Both the position numbers and the translations under genes were made by a program. Source: Squalus acanthias (taxonomy: Eukaryota). From it: a stretch of 64,000 nt of DNA. Positions 49,430 to 61,830 of the stretch are shown piece by piece. The stretch lies in NCBI GenBank assembly GCA_030390025.1, contig CM059432.1, positions 61,568,001 to 61,632,000 on the forward strand, given 5' to 3'. The notes beneath the pieces are model-generated. The model searched no databases. It was not told the origin of the DNA and worked only from the letters and a program-made list of their open reading frames with translations. How positions within the stretch are numbered: the stretch's first letter is position 1; each line of letters begins with the position of its first letter.

Positions 49430-50194
49430 GGCCCAGAAATTCGCCTCTCCAGCTTGCCGCGGGGGTAAGGATCGCACGCGCACTTACCTACCGCGCCTGC
49501 CGTTGTGTTTTGGGCCCACGGGAACTTCAGCTCCTGGTCCTGCTCCAAGAGCCGGCGCGCAGTGCTTGCGTGTCCCAGGGGTGTAGTTAGTGCGATGCGT
49601 CCCCTGGGATCACGTGGGCCATGGAGAGCCAATGGCAGCAGACCATCCTTCATTCATAGATTTGACAGGAGACCTGTCAAATCTGTGAATTGAAATCGGC
49701 CCCAAAAGAACAGCTAAACTTAAAATAAATGTTTTTTACAACCCATCACATTTATAAAATAACTATAGTTAAATAAATTAACCACTTTAAACAAAAATTT
49801 AAATTTTTGAAAAAATTAAAATACTTTTTAAAAGTGATAAAAATAAACTGACCTTTCTTTAAAGTATCTAAAAAAGATAAACCTGTTGAAAAATTGTTTT
49901 AATTATACTTAATTAACCACTGACCTTGTTGAAAACGGGTCCTGCGCTTCCTTTTTAATAGCGTAGTTTCTTCACTACTTACCCTCGCGTAGAAACCTGA
50001 AAAAAAATCTAAGTTTGCTGCATGCGCGCAGCCTCTACCGTGCACGCGGTTCACCTAGGAACCGCCCCCTTCACCATACCGGAAGTTCCGGTTTCCCGCG
50101 CATGCGCAGTGCATGCAGGAAACCGGCACATCGGGATGCATTACGGGTGAGTACGGACTGTGTACTCACCCGGGAAGGGCCGAATTTTTGGCCC
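49430..50194. mobile_element. Harbinger-type MITE with TSD
   Basis: TIRs ggcccagaaattcg / cgaatttttggccc (12 of 14 match) and TSD AAA. GC-rich arms surround an AT-rich core. Confidence 0.85.
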
Positions 50195-50809
50195 AAACTT
50201 TGTTAAAGTCGAAAAATTAGTCAAGCCAAACACCCCAGCAAGACAAGCAGCGGGCGTTTTGGTCCACATTGTTGTCATCCCAACAGAAAGCTTTGCCACA
50301 TCCCACATTTCTAAAAATAAATTGATTTCTCAAAGAAGAAAAGTTCAAAGTGATTTGAAATCAGATTCCCATTAGCCTAATATGTGCTCCAACTTGTTCC
50401 TCAAATGAGTACACTGTCAGAATAGGCATTTTGTAACTGGAGAGAGATTTTAGAGTACGTGGGCAACATTATGGTCAATCTGGATGATGGTTAAAGGGCT
50501 TGAAATCAAGAACAAAATGAAGAATTCGATTCCTTATCAATACTTGGACCTGGGTAGTACTTTTATATTGAAGGTACTCCTCTGTACTTTGTTCTTCCTG
50601 CTTAATTACATATTAAATTAAAAATAGTGACATCTGTTTGGCCTGGAGGTTTTCTCTGACTGAGTATCTTTTATGAAGAAAGGTTAGGCTAGACAATGTG
50701 TGCACATACATTGGAGGAAGAGCTAATAATACTGAGGAAAAGCAACTGATCATAGAAGGAAGAAAAAATCTAATTAAATGTATCACCAGGCATAAAACGA
50801 GTTCAAAGC

Positions 50810-51366
50810 ATAGCAATTTAGTAGTGGGTCAGCCTGTGTAGGTGTTGGTCCCACTGCTAAATTCGTGGGGCCCATTTTTTAGGCGTCCCGGGCAGATGCC
50901 TAAAACAGACATTCGGCCCCTTGAATATGTTAGAGTGGTCTAATGCTTCTTGATGGTTCCCTTTAGAAAATTAGTCACTGATGAGTGGGGCAGGTGTTGG
51001 GCCTGTCCTGCTCAGGATTCTTCAGCAGCCCCTGTGGCTGCCAACTAAAGGTAAGTTTAAACATTTTACAAAAAATCTTCCTGTCAAGCCATGGGTACCA
51101 GGAGTGCTCCTGCAAATCCACAGGTGGCGGCATCGCCCCTCCCCCACCAGAGTTTGCTTCAATCCCTCCCCCTTCCTGATATTTACCTGAGGGTCACTGT
51201 TGGCAAGGCAGCCGGCCCTAAAACTCATCAATAGAGCTGTGTTTAGAGGCATGACCAGCGTCAGCAGCTCGCTCCGAGTATGTAGATCGATAGAAATTGG
51301 TCCTCAGGCCTCTCGGTACGGGCGCAGAGTCTGGGCTTGAAAACAGGCACAGACTAATTTCTACCC
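50810..51366. mobile_element. Degenerate Harbinger-type MITE
   Basis: Ends aatttctaccc and contains aaaggtaagtttaaa and caggagtgctcc. Confidence 0.55.
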
Positions 51367-51805
51367 TGTTGAGTCTTTTTTTACCCCGCCAACATCACCA
51401 CATCTTTGTCATTGTCAAAAATGGCATTGTCACAGGCCACTACCACTTTAGAGATTGTAAAGGTGCCACTTGGAACAGCATCCACACTAAGAACCTTGTA
51501 TTTTATTATTAAATAATAAACCTTACCTTGATGCATCTTCCAGATATATGACCTATGGAAAACAGGCTGTTTCAAGTGACAGCTTCTAGACCAGGTTGTT
51601 CAAGTCAAAGTGACCCTGGATGCTTGCAACAAGTTACATGTCAGCAGAGCAAAACTAAAAACGAAAGAGAGTGGGTTATTAGATTAGAAGAAGGATCCAC
51701 TGCATATGCCATCTGCAGTTTTGGGTCTTTTTTAGCCAGGAGACATGTGATTCCCAGAGTATTATTGTTCATTAAAAGTTGAAATGAGGAGTTCAAAAGA
51801 CAATT

Positions 51806-53886
51806 AACATAAGAACATAAAAAATAGGAGCAGGAGTAGGCCATACGGCCCCTTGAGCCAGCTCCGCCATTCAATAAGATCATGGCTGATCAACTCCACT
51901 TTCCCGCCCGATCTCCATATCCCTTGATTCCCCTAGAGTCCAAAAATCAATCTATCTCAGCCTTGAATATACTCACAGACTCAGCATTCACAGCCCTCTG
52001 GGGCAGAGAATTCCAAAGATTCACAACCCTCTGAGTGAAGAAATTCCTCCTCATCTCAGTCTTAAATGGCCTACCTCTTATCCTGAGACTATGCCCCCCA
52101 GTTCTAAACACTCCAGCCAGGGGAAACAACCTCTCAGCATCTACCCTCTCAATCCCCTTCAGAATCTTGTTGTTTCAATGAGATCACCTCTCATTCTTCA
52201 AAACTCCAGAGAGTATAGGCCCACTCTACACAATCTCTCATCATAAGACAGCCCTCTCATCCCAGGAATCAATCTAGTGAACCTTTGTTGCACTGCCTCC
52301 AAGGCAAGTATAACCTTCCTTAGATAAGGAGACCAAAACTGTACACAGTATTCCAGGTGTGGTCTCACCAAGGCCCTATACAATTGTAGCATTACTTCCT
52401 TACTCTTATACTCCAACCCCCTTGCAATAAAGGCCAACATGCCATTTGCCTTCCTTATTGCTTGCTGTACCTGCATACTAGCTTTCTGTATTTCTTGCAC
52501 GAGGACACCCAAATCTCTCTCAACACCAACATTTAAAAGTTTCTCACCATTTAAAAATAGTCTGTTTTTCTATTCTTCCTACCAAGTGAGTAACCTCACA
52601 TTTCCCTACATTATACTCCATCTGCCACCTTACTACCCACTCACTTTGTCTATCTAGATCCCTTTGCAGACTGCTTGTGTTCTCCTCACAGCTTACTGTC
52701 CCACCTAGCTTTGTATCGTCAGTAAACTTGGATACATTACACTCGATCCCTTCATCTAGGTCATTAATATAGATTGTAAATAGCTGAGACCCCAGCACTG
52801 ATCCTTGTGGCACCCCACAGCCTGCCAACCTGAAAAAGACCCATTTATCCCTACTCTCTGTTTTCTGTCCATTAACCAATCCTCTATCCATGCGACTATA
52901 TTTACCCCAACCCCATGAACCCTTAACTTGTGTAATAACCTTTTATGTGGCACCTTATTGAATGCCTTTTGGAAATCCAAATATACTACATCTACTGGTT
53001 CCCCTTTATCTACCCTCCTAGTTACATCTCAAAAAACTCGAATAAATTTGTCAAACACAATTTCCTTTTCATAAACCCATGTTGATTCTGTCGAATCATG
53101 TTATGATTTTCTAAGTGCCCTGATACCACTTCCTTAACAATGGATTCCAACATTTTCCTGATGACTGATGTCAGGCTAACTGGCCTGTAGTTCTCTGTTT
53201 TCTCTCTCCCTCCTTTCTTGAATAGCAGTGTTACATTTGCTACCTTCCAATCCGCTGGGACCATTCTAGAATCTAGGGAATTTTGGAAGATCAAATCCAA
53301 TGCATCCACTATTTCTGCAACCACCGCTTTTAAAACCCTAGGATGTAGGCCGTCAGGTCCAGGGGATTTGTCGGCTTTTAGTTCCATTAATTTCTCTAGT
53401 ACTTTTTCTCTACTTATATTAATTACGTTAAGTTCCTCACCCTCATTAGACCCTTCGTTCCCCACCATTTTTGGTATGCTTTTTGTGTCTTCTACTGTGA
53501 AGACAGATACAAAATATTTGTTTAACGTTTCAGCCATTTTCTTATTCCCCATAATAATTTCTCCTCTCTCAGCCTCTGAGGAACCAACATTTACTTTAGC
53601 TACTCTCTTCCTTTTTACATACTTGTAGAAGCTCTTACAATCTACTTTTATATTTTTTGCTAGTTCTCTCTCATTCTATTTTTTCCCTTTTTATCAATTT
53701 TTTGGTGATCCTTTGCTGGTTTCTGTAACTCTCCCAATCCTCAGGCTTGCTACTCTTCTTTGCAACATTATAAGCTTCTTCTTTCAATCTAATGCTATCC
53801 TTAACTTCTTTAGTTAGCCACGGATGGATCACTTTTCCCGTGGAGTTTTTGTTTCTCAGTGGAATGTATTTTTGTTTGGCTATTTC
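51806..53886 (-). mobile_element. 5'-truncated CR1 with most of the RT domain, frameshifted
   Basis: KSPGPDGLHPRVLK, NYRPVSLTS, DFQKAF, KFTDDTK and RPHLEYCVQFW; tail at 51806. Confidence 0.95.
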
Positions 53887-55689
53887 CACACAAGGTGGTC
53901 AATGCCCTATTTTTAGTTTTCTTTCCTCTTGTTACTGTTAGCAGTAGATTCTGATTTTTCATTTGGTTCAAATTGTAGTTTGGTGCACACAATAGTTACT
54001 TGTAAGGGCAGCTGACTTCCACAGTGAAAGAACATTAGCTTTGTTTTGCAAGATGAAGGTGAAAAAAAAGTTTGTTTCAGTCCTCTATAACATGAACAGC
54101 TGGATTCACGGCAACCATGGCAACAGGTCACATGATTAGGTGTATTAGATTGCCTGGCAGCAAGTGCACTGAGGAACAGGAGGAGAGTGCACACAGAGGC
54201 CTGGCCCCTAAGATGAAGCATTGTGTTTATTTTAGGTTGCATGTACAGTTAAACATGGTCAATACTGAATCTTCTTGCACACGTTGTTCCTGCGTTGCTG
54301 AACCAGCACTATTTGGACACATTATTGTTTAGGTGTGGTGCTGTATATCAGGTAAGAACAAATGAATTTCATTTTGAGAAGCTGGAGATTTAGGCCCTGT
54401 GAATGATGCCTTATTAGTTCATGTTGTTTAGTTTTTGAAGTTGGATAGCTGTCGGTGTATAACCTATTTAAGCTTTTGACATAGATTTGGTTATATTACA
54501 AATGTGTTCAGGACCTATACCCAGGCAAGCACATGCAGTTCTCAATTGTAGACCACTGTGTTCTGTGATTTTAGGAAGCAATGCTTTGTAAATAAAGTTA
54601 TCAGTAGTAAAATTATCATCGATTCTGGACCTAGTTCAACCATAGTGTACAATTCTGGCTTTTTATTAGGCTTTCACAACCCCAATAAACTGTCAAGATA
54701 ATTGTCATATACAGGGATATTAGAACTTAATGGCTACAATATTATGTGGTATAGATAAATTAATTCAGATTATAACTTCAGAGTAAGCAAGGAAAGTAGG
54801 GTCAGAGGACATAAATGGAAAAAGTATGTTTGCAAAAGATACCAGGAAAAATATATTGACTTAAGAATTGATAAATGTTTAGATTAGCTTGTCAGGTAGA
54901 TTAATAAAGTCAAAAACAATTGTGAATGTTAAAAATACAGTTGAATGCCTTGATGTGGAAGTTTGGGTGCTAGAGGGGTGAGGTTTGATGGACAAATGGC
55001 TTTTTCTCCTCCTTGCCATCTCATTTTCTTATGAGACCCCTGTCAAAAAGAGGGTCATTCATAAAACTTCTCCCATACAGATCAAGCTAACAGTTTTACT
55101 TTCAGCTCTACATAACTAGATCTAACTGCCGTCAAACTTTTATCGTGCTTTTAAAGTTTGTTAACTTAGCAAAATAGGTTGTTCATGAATGTAGCTCTGA
55201 CAGTTGTAATAACAGATAAAGTAACACCAGAAAATGTGGGTTTGTATTTGACTTTTATTTTTATGTTTATAGCTTCCACTGCTAAATTGATCTTGCACCG
55301 TGTTACTTTCTCAGCAATGTATTTAAAAAGCTGCACTGGATCATTGATTGACAAAGGCAGGTGTGTAGAAAGAATTGATGTTAGAGGACACGGTTGTAAT
55401 GGATTTGCAAACCTCAAGGGAACTTGGGCTGGCATTTTAACCACAAGCCTGTTCTTGCGTAGAACAACTGAACTGCATTTCAGTCGAAGGTCACTGTAGG
55501 CATCATTGAGTTCTGTACATAAGTCATTTTTATCTTTTATATGTTACTTAAAGGGATGGAATGTCAAGAGGGAATATTTTTATTGAAAGTACTAAACCAG
55601 GGATGTCAAACTCAATTTAGATGGTGGCCTTGATCCAACATCCTGGCACTTGGCGTGGGCCACATTCAGCAAAAATATTTGGACACGCT

Positions 55690-55936
55690 GGGGTATAAGT
55701 TTATGTGTTTCGCCCGTATAACGGTTTCAATGTATACCGATTTCTAGGTGCGAGATCCTGCACCTAATCTGCGCCAGCAGCACGGTCACCGCCATATCAC
55801 TGTCCTCACTGTTTTAGGCGGACCTGTCAGCTGCCTGAAATCAGCGTTGGATCAATTTAAATATGCAAAGCAGAGTCCTGCGCCTGTTTCAGGAACCTTC
55901 AGCAAAATGCATGAAAAACTAGGTGGAGTATGTGCG
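55690..55936. mobile_element. MITE-like fragment leading into the minisatellite
   Basis: Shares gcctgtttcaggaacc and atatgcaaa with the MITE at 8210-8893. Confidence 0.4.
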
Positions 55937-56390
55937 GGTCTCAATCTGTCGCTTTCTCCCCCCCCCCGCCCCAAGTCTCAATCTGTCGACCCCCCCCCCC
56001 GAGTCTCAATCTGTCGACCCCCCCCCGAGTCTCAATCTGTCGACCCCCCCCGAGTCACAATCTGTCGACCTCCCCCCCCCCCCCGAGTCTCAATCTGTCG
56101 ACCTCCCCCCCCCCCGAGTCTCAATCTGTCGACCTCCCCCCCCCCCCCCCCGAGTCACAATCTGTCGACCTCCCCCCCCCCCCCCCCCGAGTCACAATCT
56201 GTCGACCCCCCCCTCGAGTCTCAATCTGTCGACCCCCCCCCCCCCCGATTCTCAATCCGTGGACACCCTCCGAGTCTCAATCTGTCGACCCCCCCCACCC
56301 CAAGTCTCAATCTGTCGACTCCCCCCACCCTGAGTCTCAATCTGTCGACCCCCCCCCCCCCCCCAAGTCTCAATCTGTCGACCCCCCTCC
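55937..56390. repeat. Minisatellite, about 15 units of RAGTCWCAATCTGTCGAC followed by a C-run
   Basis: Direct count of the conserved core separated by C-runs of variable length. Confidence 0.95.
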
Positions 56391-56399
56391 ATTGAAAAA

Positions 56400-56812
56400 T
56401 TAGGGCTGTTTTCATTAGAACAAAAGAGACTAAGGTTGATTTGATAGAGGTGTTGAATTTAGGAAGGGATGGGACAAAGTAGATAGAGACAGGCTGTTTC
56501 TAGTCATTGAAGAGTCTAGGATGAGGGGACATAGATATTATATTAAATGTAAGAGATTTAAGACAGAGAGCAGAAGAAGCTTTTTTTTAAACGTGTTACA
56601 AGGCTATGGAACCCACTACTGGAGGTAGTGATTGAAGCAGAGACCATGTTAACATTTAAAGATTGGTTAGACAGGTGGTTGAAGGACAGGGGGATAAAGC
56701 TGATTGGAAACAGAGTGGCACAAGGGGGTCAGAAGTACTGCTGCTGTGGAGGATAAACTCCAACACAGACTGATTGGGTTGAATGGCTTGTTTCCGTTTT
56801 GTAATTCTGTAT
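56400..56812 (+). mobile_element. Old CR1 3' end
   Basis: gagtctaggatgaggggacataga and gggttgaatggcttgtttc. Confidence 0.7.
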
Positions 56813-57585
56813 AATTTACAGTTCATTGTTATTTATCCACTAACCTTTTCTCATATTTCTGTTTACTAGAGCCCCATTACTTAGTTTAGGATTAACAATG
56901 TCAGAATCAGACAAGCATAGAAGACATCTGGGGAAGAGAATTCTGTGCAAGGCTTTTTAAAATTTGTTCCGAAGTGGGAGAAAATGTTATGAAATTAAAG
57001 GTCAACTGAAGTGGGCGTAGGTGGGGAGACAGTGCGGAGCGGACTAGGAAGAAGTCGGGAGAAAAAAATAAAAGTAAGGTGTAGTAGTCTCAAAATCTAA
57101 CGGGCTAACGTTTAGGCGCTACGGGTGCCATTCTGGGTCGAAAATGGCATTCGAGCCCCGCACGTACAATTCTGGTGTGGGCCACACCGGATGGCATTTT
57201 GATGAGGGCGTTAGCGTCGGTGCCGTGAGCGTGCTCCAGAAGTACGTAGAGTAGGCAGATCGTGATGTCAGTCAGCGTGGAACGCTGATTTGACACCAGC
57301 CCTGCCATTTCCGTCCTCAACGCTGGAAGTAATGCCCTGTGTTAACCTCGCACAGCTGAACATGTGTTCAGCAGCTGCAAAGACCCCCTACCAGTGATAT
57401 TTAAAGAGATCATCAACCACTTTCAGTTTCTGATTAATTTCTACTGGCTCTGTGTAAGTTTGTGGAAGTGTTCGGAGCTTTCTAGAGTTATTTAAAGTTG
57501 GTGCGGTCACAGGGAGTAGTGCTGCAAGTGGAGAAGGCCTTGCTTCTGACTTCAAGGTTTCTGGTCAGACCACTTGCTCCCAGTC

Positions 57586-58701
57586 ATGAGTGCTCTAGTT
57601 ATTATCCCCCTTGGCTTGCAGCATGACAGGGAGATGGAGCAGAGGCCGCTATCCTGCTCGCAGAGGGAGGAGGAGGTGAGGGAGAAGGGCTCTCAGTAGG
57701 AGGCCTTATCACTAAGGGTCTTCCGAGAGCAATTCTCTTACCTCAATCTGAGCCAGGAGTAGTGTGTGAGGTGTCTGCACTTTATGAAGGAGGTGCTCAC
57801 AGAACTCTGCCACCTCTCGCAACCAGACCTGCAGCCTCACACCAGGGCAAGGACAGGACTACCAGTGGCTGTGAAGGTGACTGTGGCCCTGAATTTCTTT
57901 GCGTCGGGATCCTTCCAGGCGACATCTGTAACATCTCCCAGTTTGCCGTCCACTGCTGCATAAGCGAGGTGACAGACGCTCTTCATGCCAGGAGAGGGGA
58001 CTTCATTATCTTCTCTCTGACCAGAGAGAAGCAAGCAGAGTGTGCATGTGGCTTTGCCAGGATAGCGGGCTTTCCCGTGGTGCAAGGTGCCATCGACTGC
58101 ATGCACGTGGCTTTGCGGGCGCCGCATCTAAATGCTGAGATGTACCGCAACCACAAAGGTTACCTGTCGCTGAATGTGCAGTTGTTGTGTGACCACGCTC
58201 AGCACATCATGATGGTGAATGCCCGGTATCCTGGCAGCAGTCAACATGCTTTCATTCTGCGCCAGTCTGCTGTTCCCTCAGTCTTTGAACCAGCAAGACA
58301 AATCAGAGGGTGGATACTGGGCGACGAGGGCTATCCGCTGACCACCTGGCTCATGATTCTGCTCCGTAACCCAACCACACGTGGCCAACATGCATACAAT
58401 GAGAGCCATGCTGCCACACGCAATCTGATAGAGCAGACCATTGGCGTGCTTAAACAACGCTTCCGCTGCCTGGACTGCTCTGGAGGAGCCCTGCAGTACT
58501 CTGGATTCGTCGTGGTCTGCTGCATGCTTCACAACCTCAGCACCTGTGAGGGCACAGCCCTTGCCACCAGGCATACAGCGACCAGACGAGGAGGAGGATG
58601 AGGAAACAGAAGAGGAGGAATCGGAAGGGAGGAGGCAACCCAGACAGCTCCTTTCTGCCCGGGCTGTCCGTGATTGACTCATCCGACTGCGGTATGAGTG
58701 A
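57586..58701 (+). pseudogene. HARBI1-type DDE transposase of element D
   Basis: VKVTVALNFFASGSFQ, then a frameshift, then GAIDCMHVAL, GDEGYP, LIEQTIG and an acidic tail, with several stops. AATAAA at ~58736. Confidence 0.9.
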
Positions 58702-58899
58702 ATGCAACCTCAATTCCACTTAGCCACAATGCTGAAATAAAAGCCACCACAAAAGCAACATTCCAATCCAACATTATCCATCAGTCGATCCAATATAACC
58801 TAACAAAGTCAACTAATCACCTTGTGCAATCCCTCAGTACCTGTCTTCAGTGTGCTTTTGCTTGTCCTAGTGCTCCTATGAAGTGCTACCTCAGTGACT

Positions 58900-60741
58900 G
58901 CAGCATGGCTGGTTAAAGGCTGCTGAATTTCAGTGGGGGAGACTGCAGATTGCCTTGCAGGACCACCTCAAGTACCTCTGGGCCTAGAAGGCTTGGCTGT
59001 GGAGTGAACCACCTTGGCAAGGGTGGCAGCTGGCTGGCTGACAGGCAACAGCAAGGGCACTGGCGGAGAGCAAGTGTGGGAGGACAAGTGCTGTAATCCT
59101 GAGAGAGGACAGCAGGATTGTCCTCCATGGAGCCACTGCAACTCCCCTGGGTCGGCGCCTCAGCATGTCTAGCCATCTGTTGGAGGACAGATTGCTGGAA
59201 TGCTGTGACACCCTACAAGCCCCTTTCCACACTGGTAAACCCAGCCATGATGGCAGCAGTCTGAGTTTGCGTGACAGCAAGTTGAGCCTGCATGAGAGTA
59301 GTCTGAGCTTGCATGACTTCAGTCTGAGCTTCCACTGCAGCACTCAGACGTTGGGTGGCTTCTGCTTGTGCTGCAATGGAAGTTGAGACATCAGCCATCA
59401 GACGCTGCATGATGGCTGGGTCCACAAGTGTGCTAATGGATTTGCCCCCTCCTTCTATGCTGGAAAGGATCGGCTCCAAGCTCTGCACAACACCCTGTGC
59501 AAGGTTGGTGCTGGACTCCTCCATGCTCCTTGACATTGCACTCAGGCTTTCTGGGAGACCTGCCAATGCACCAAGCATTTCATTGTGCATACCCATCAGC
59601 GTTCTTCTGTAGGCTGCCCCATTAAAGTCCTTATCTGAGTCCTCTGCAGCAGAACTCGTGTGTGACCTCTCCCTCCGGGGAGCTGGCACATGTGCTACCC
59701 TTTCCCCATGCCCTGGCTGCAGCCCACTCATGCCCAGTGACTCACCAAGTGCAGATCCTTCCTCTAAGCTACCCTCTAAACTCCACGCAGTGCCAGTATC
59801 TGAGCTGCTGGCTGCGAGTGTCAGATCGAGTGACGGTGTTTTTTCTTCTTCATCACTCTCCTCTCCCTCTTCTACAACCACTGGCTGAGCAAGTTGGATT
59901 TCTTGGGTATCTGAAATGAGAAAGGGACAAGGGTAGGGTTGTGGTGAGGGAGGGGTGAAAGCAAGAGGTTCAGGCTTACACCATGTGATGATTGTAAATC
60001 AGAAGAGATTGTGGGATGAGGGTGAAGTGGGATGTGAGAAGGAGGATAACATAAGAGGATACCGGCATCTTATATTCTTTCAGCCCCACTGCTGGCCAAG
60101 TGCTTAGCCTTGCCCCTCCCAAGAATGGCCAGCACCGTCTCCAAGCAGGTGAGGTGATGCAGGCGAGCCTGTCCCCCACCGCTTAGGTTCTGCTTGTGCC
60201 AGTTATGTGCCACCTTTTCGTGCAAGTGAAAGGGAAGTGTGTCAGTGAGTGTGGTGCAATGTGTTTGGGTGATGTGCCTGTCATGGTTGACTAGTGACAG
60301 TTTGTGCAAGCTATGAGGTGTGGGTGTGAGGCTTGCAGCAGTGGTAAGTGTGTGAGGGTGGGATGGAGCATGTGAATGTGAGGTATGAGTCGTGATTAAT
60401 AGAGATTGTTGGTAGGTGAGTGATGGGGGTATGGTGAATTGAGCAGTGTGTGAGGCTCATGGTGCAGTTTTTGGGATATGGCATTTGAAGATGAATTCAC
60501 TAATCTTGACCACTTGTGTGAGGTCATTAAACTTCTTCCTGCACTACGTCCTCGGGGCTACACTGGTGGCATTCACCACAGTGGCTATCTGCTTCCACTG
60601 TAGTTTGGTCTGTTGCCTGTAGGGCCTCCTGGCCCCTTGCGGAAAGAGGGCCTCTCTCCTCCTATTGACCTCCTGCACCAAGGCCTATAGTGCTGCATCG
60701 GAGAACCCTGGTGCACGGTCTTTCCCCTGTTGTGCCATCAT
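58900..60741 (-). pseudogene. Myb/SANT-like gene of element D (3 exons)
   Basis: Exon 1 (60741-60505) reads MMAQQGKDRAPGFSDAAL*ALVQEVNRRREALFP...WKQIATVVNA...CRKKFNDL. Exon 2 is ~60220-60064, and exon 3 starts at 59910 after catttcag. Confidence 0.85.
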
Positions 60742-61619
60742 TAATTGATTTTTTGCACTGTCTTCCTCAGCGAGTTGAATGATCTGCTGCAGACAGAATG
60801 CACCTCCTCTTTAAGAGCAGACTGCCTTTAGGTAGTGCAGGCTAGCTTTAAGTGGTGCTAGCCTCGCACGAACTTGGGCCCCCTGCTGAGCATTCAGCCA
60901 CTCAGCAGCGCATACAGCGCTGGTCTGCACGCCACAATCATAGAAATGAGCAGGCAGTCTTCCGAACGGGCGCGGGTTGCTAGCGCATCGCGATCACCTT
61001 GCCCGTTTCGGGGGCAATCTAATTTCTAGGCCAACATGTCTATCTTATATGTTGTGTAGAATTGAATGTCAGGATCCAATTGGTCAATGATGGCCATGTG
61101 ACCAGATAATATGTAGTTGAGTATCTATAAGCAAAGTTTTTGGTTCTCTCCAATCATATGTTCATATATTTCTACATTCTCACAGGCACAAAATATTTAA
61201 TAGAAACTTTAATTAAAGTTCTGGGAGCAATAAGGCATCTAATTGCAAGCTGCAGAGTCCTATGGCAGTCACCAAGTCAAGCTCAAATTAATGATGGGGA
61301 TTAGTTTCAAAGCAATCCGAATATAATATTTGATTGGTAAAGTGATACAAGATGATAGAAGGCATGCCAAGAACATCAGCAGGCACCAGAGGAGGACTTC
61401 CCATGGCCATCATTATGCTACCAATCATATCTATCAGTTCTAGCACACCAATGACCAAGGACAACTGCCTTTTGCATGCTCCGGGTCAGCAAGGAGCGAT
61501 GTTGTTTGCTGGTAGGAGACTTGAACCATAGAGATAGAATTGTCACGTGTCCTCAACCTTTCTACCTCCATCTCCTTCCAGGCTAGCATTGTGATCGACT
61601 GTAATATTAGCCAATATTT

Positions 61620-61830
61620 CCTGACTTGGAAATATATCGCCGATCCTTCATCATCGCTGGGTCAAAACCCTGGAACTCCCTCCCTAACAGCACTATGGGA
61701 GGACCTTCACCACACGGACTGCAGCGGTTCAAGAAGGCGGATCACCACCATCTTCTCAAGGGCAATTAGGGATGGGCAATAAATGCTGGCCTTGCCAGTG
61801 ACACCCACGTCCCATAAACAAATTTTAAAA
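61620..61830 (+). mobile_element. Non-LTR retrotransposon 3' end
   Basis: Homologous to 41660-41868. Confidence 0.75.

Larger units (their letters stand above)
57090..61032 (+). mobile_element. Harbinger element D: near full-length two-gene copy with no nested insertions
   Basis: Right TIR aatttctaggcc; the left TIR is not recognisable. Transposase and Myb genes are convergent, and the subterminal sequence resembles element A. Confidence 0.9.

Noticed and set aside
55598..55670. hAT/Charlie-like start (cagggatgtcaaac); a similar one at ~16718
   Set aside because: No partner TIR or TSD found.
55937..56390. Regularly spaced repeats resembling a CRISPR array, and Pro-rich ORFs in 55748-56403
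   Set aside because: The spacers are only C-runs, there are no cas genes and the context is eukaryotic. The ORFs are translation artefacts of the repeat.
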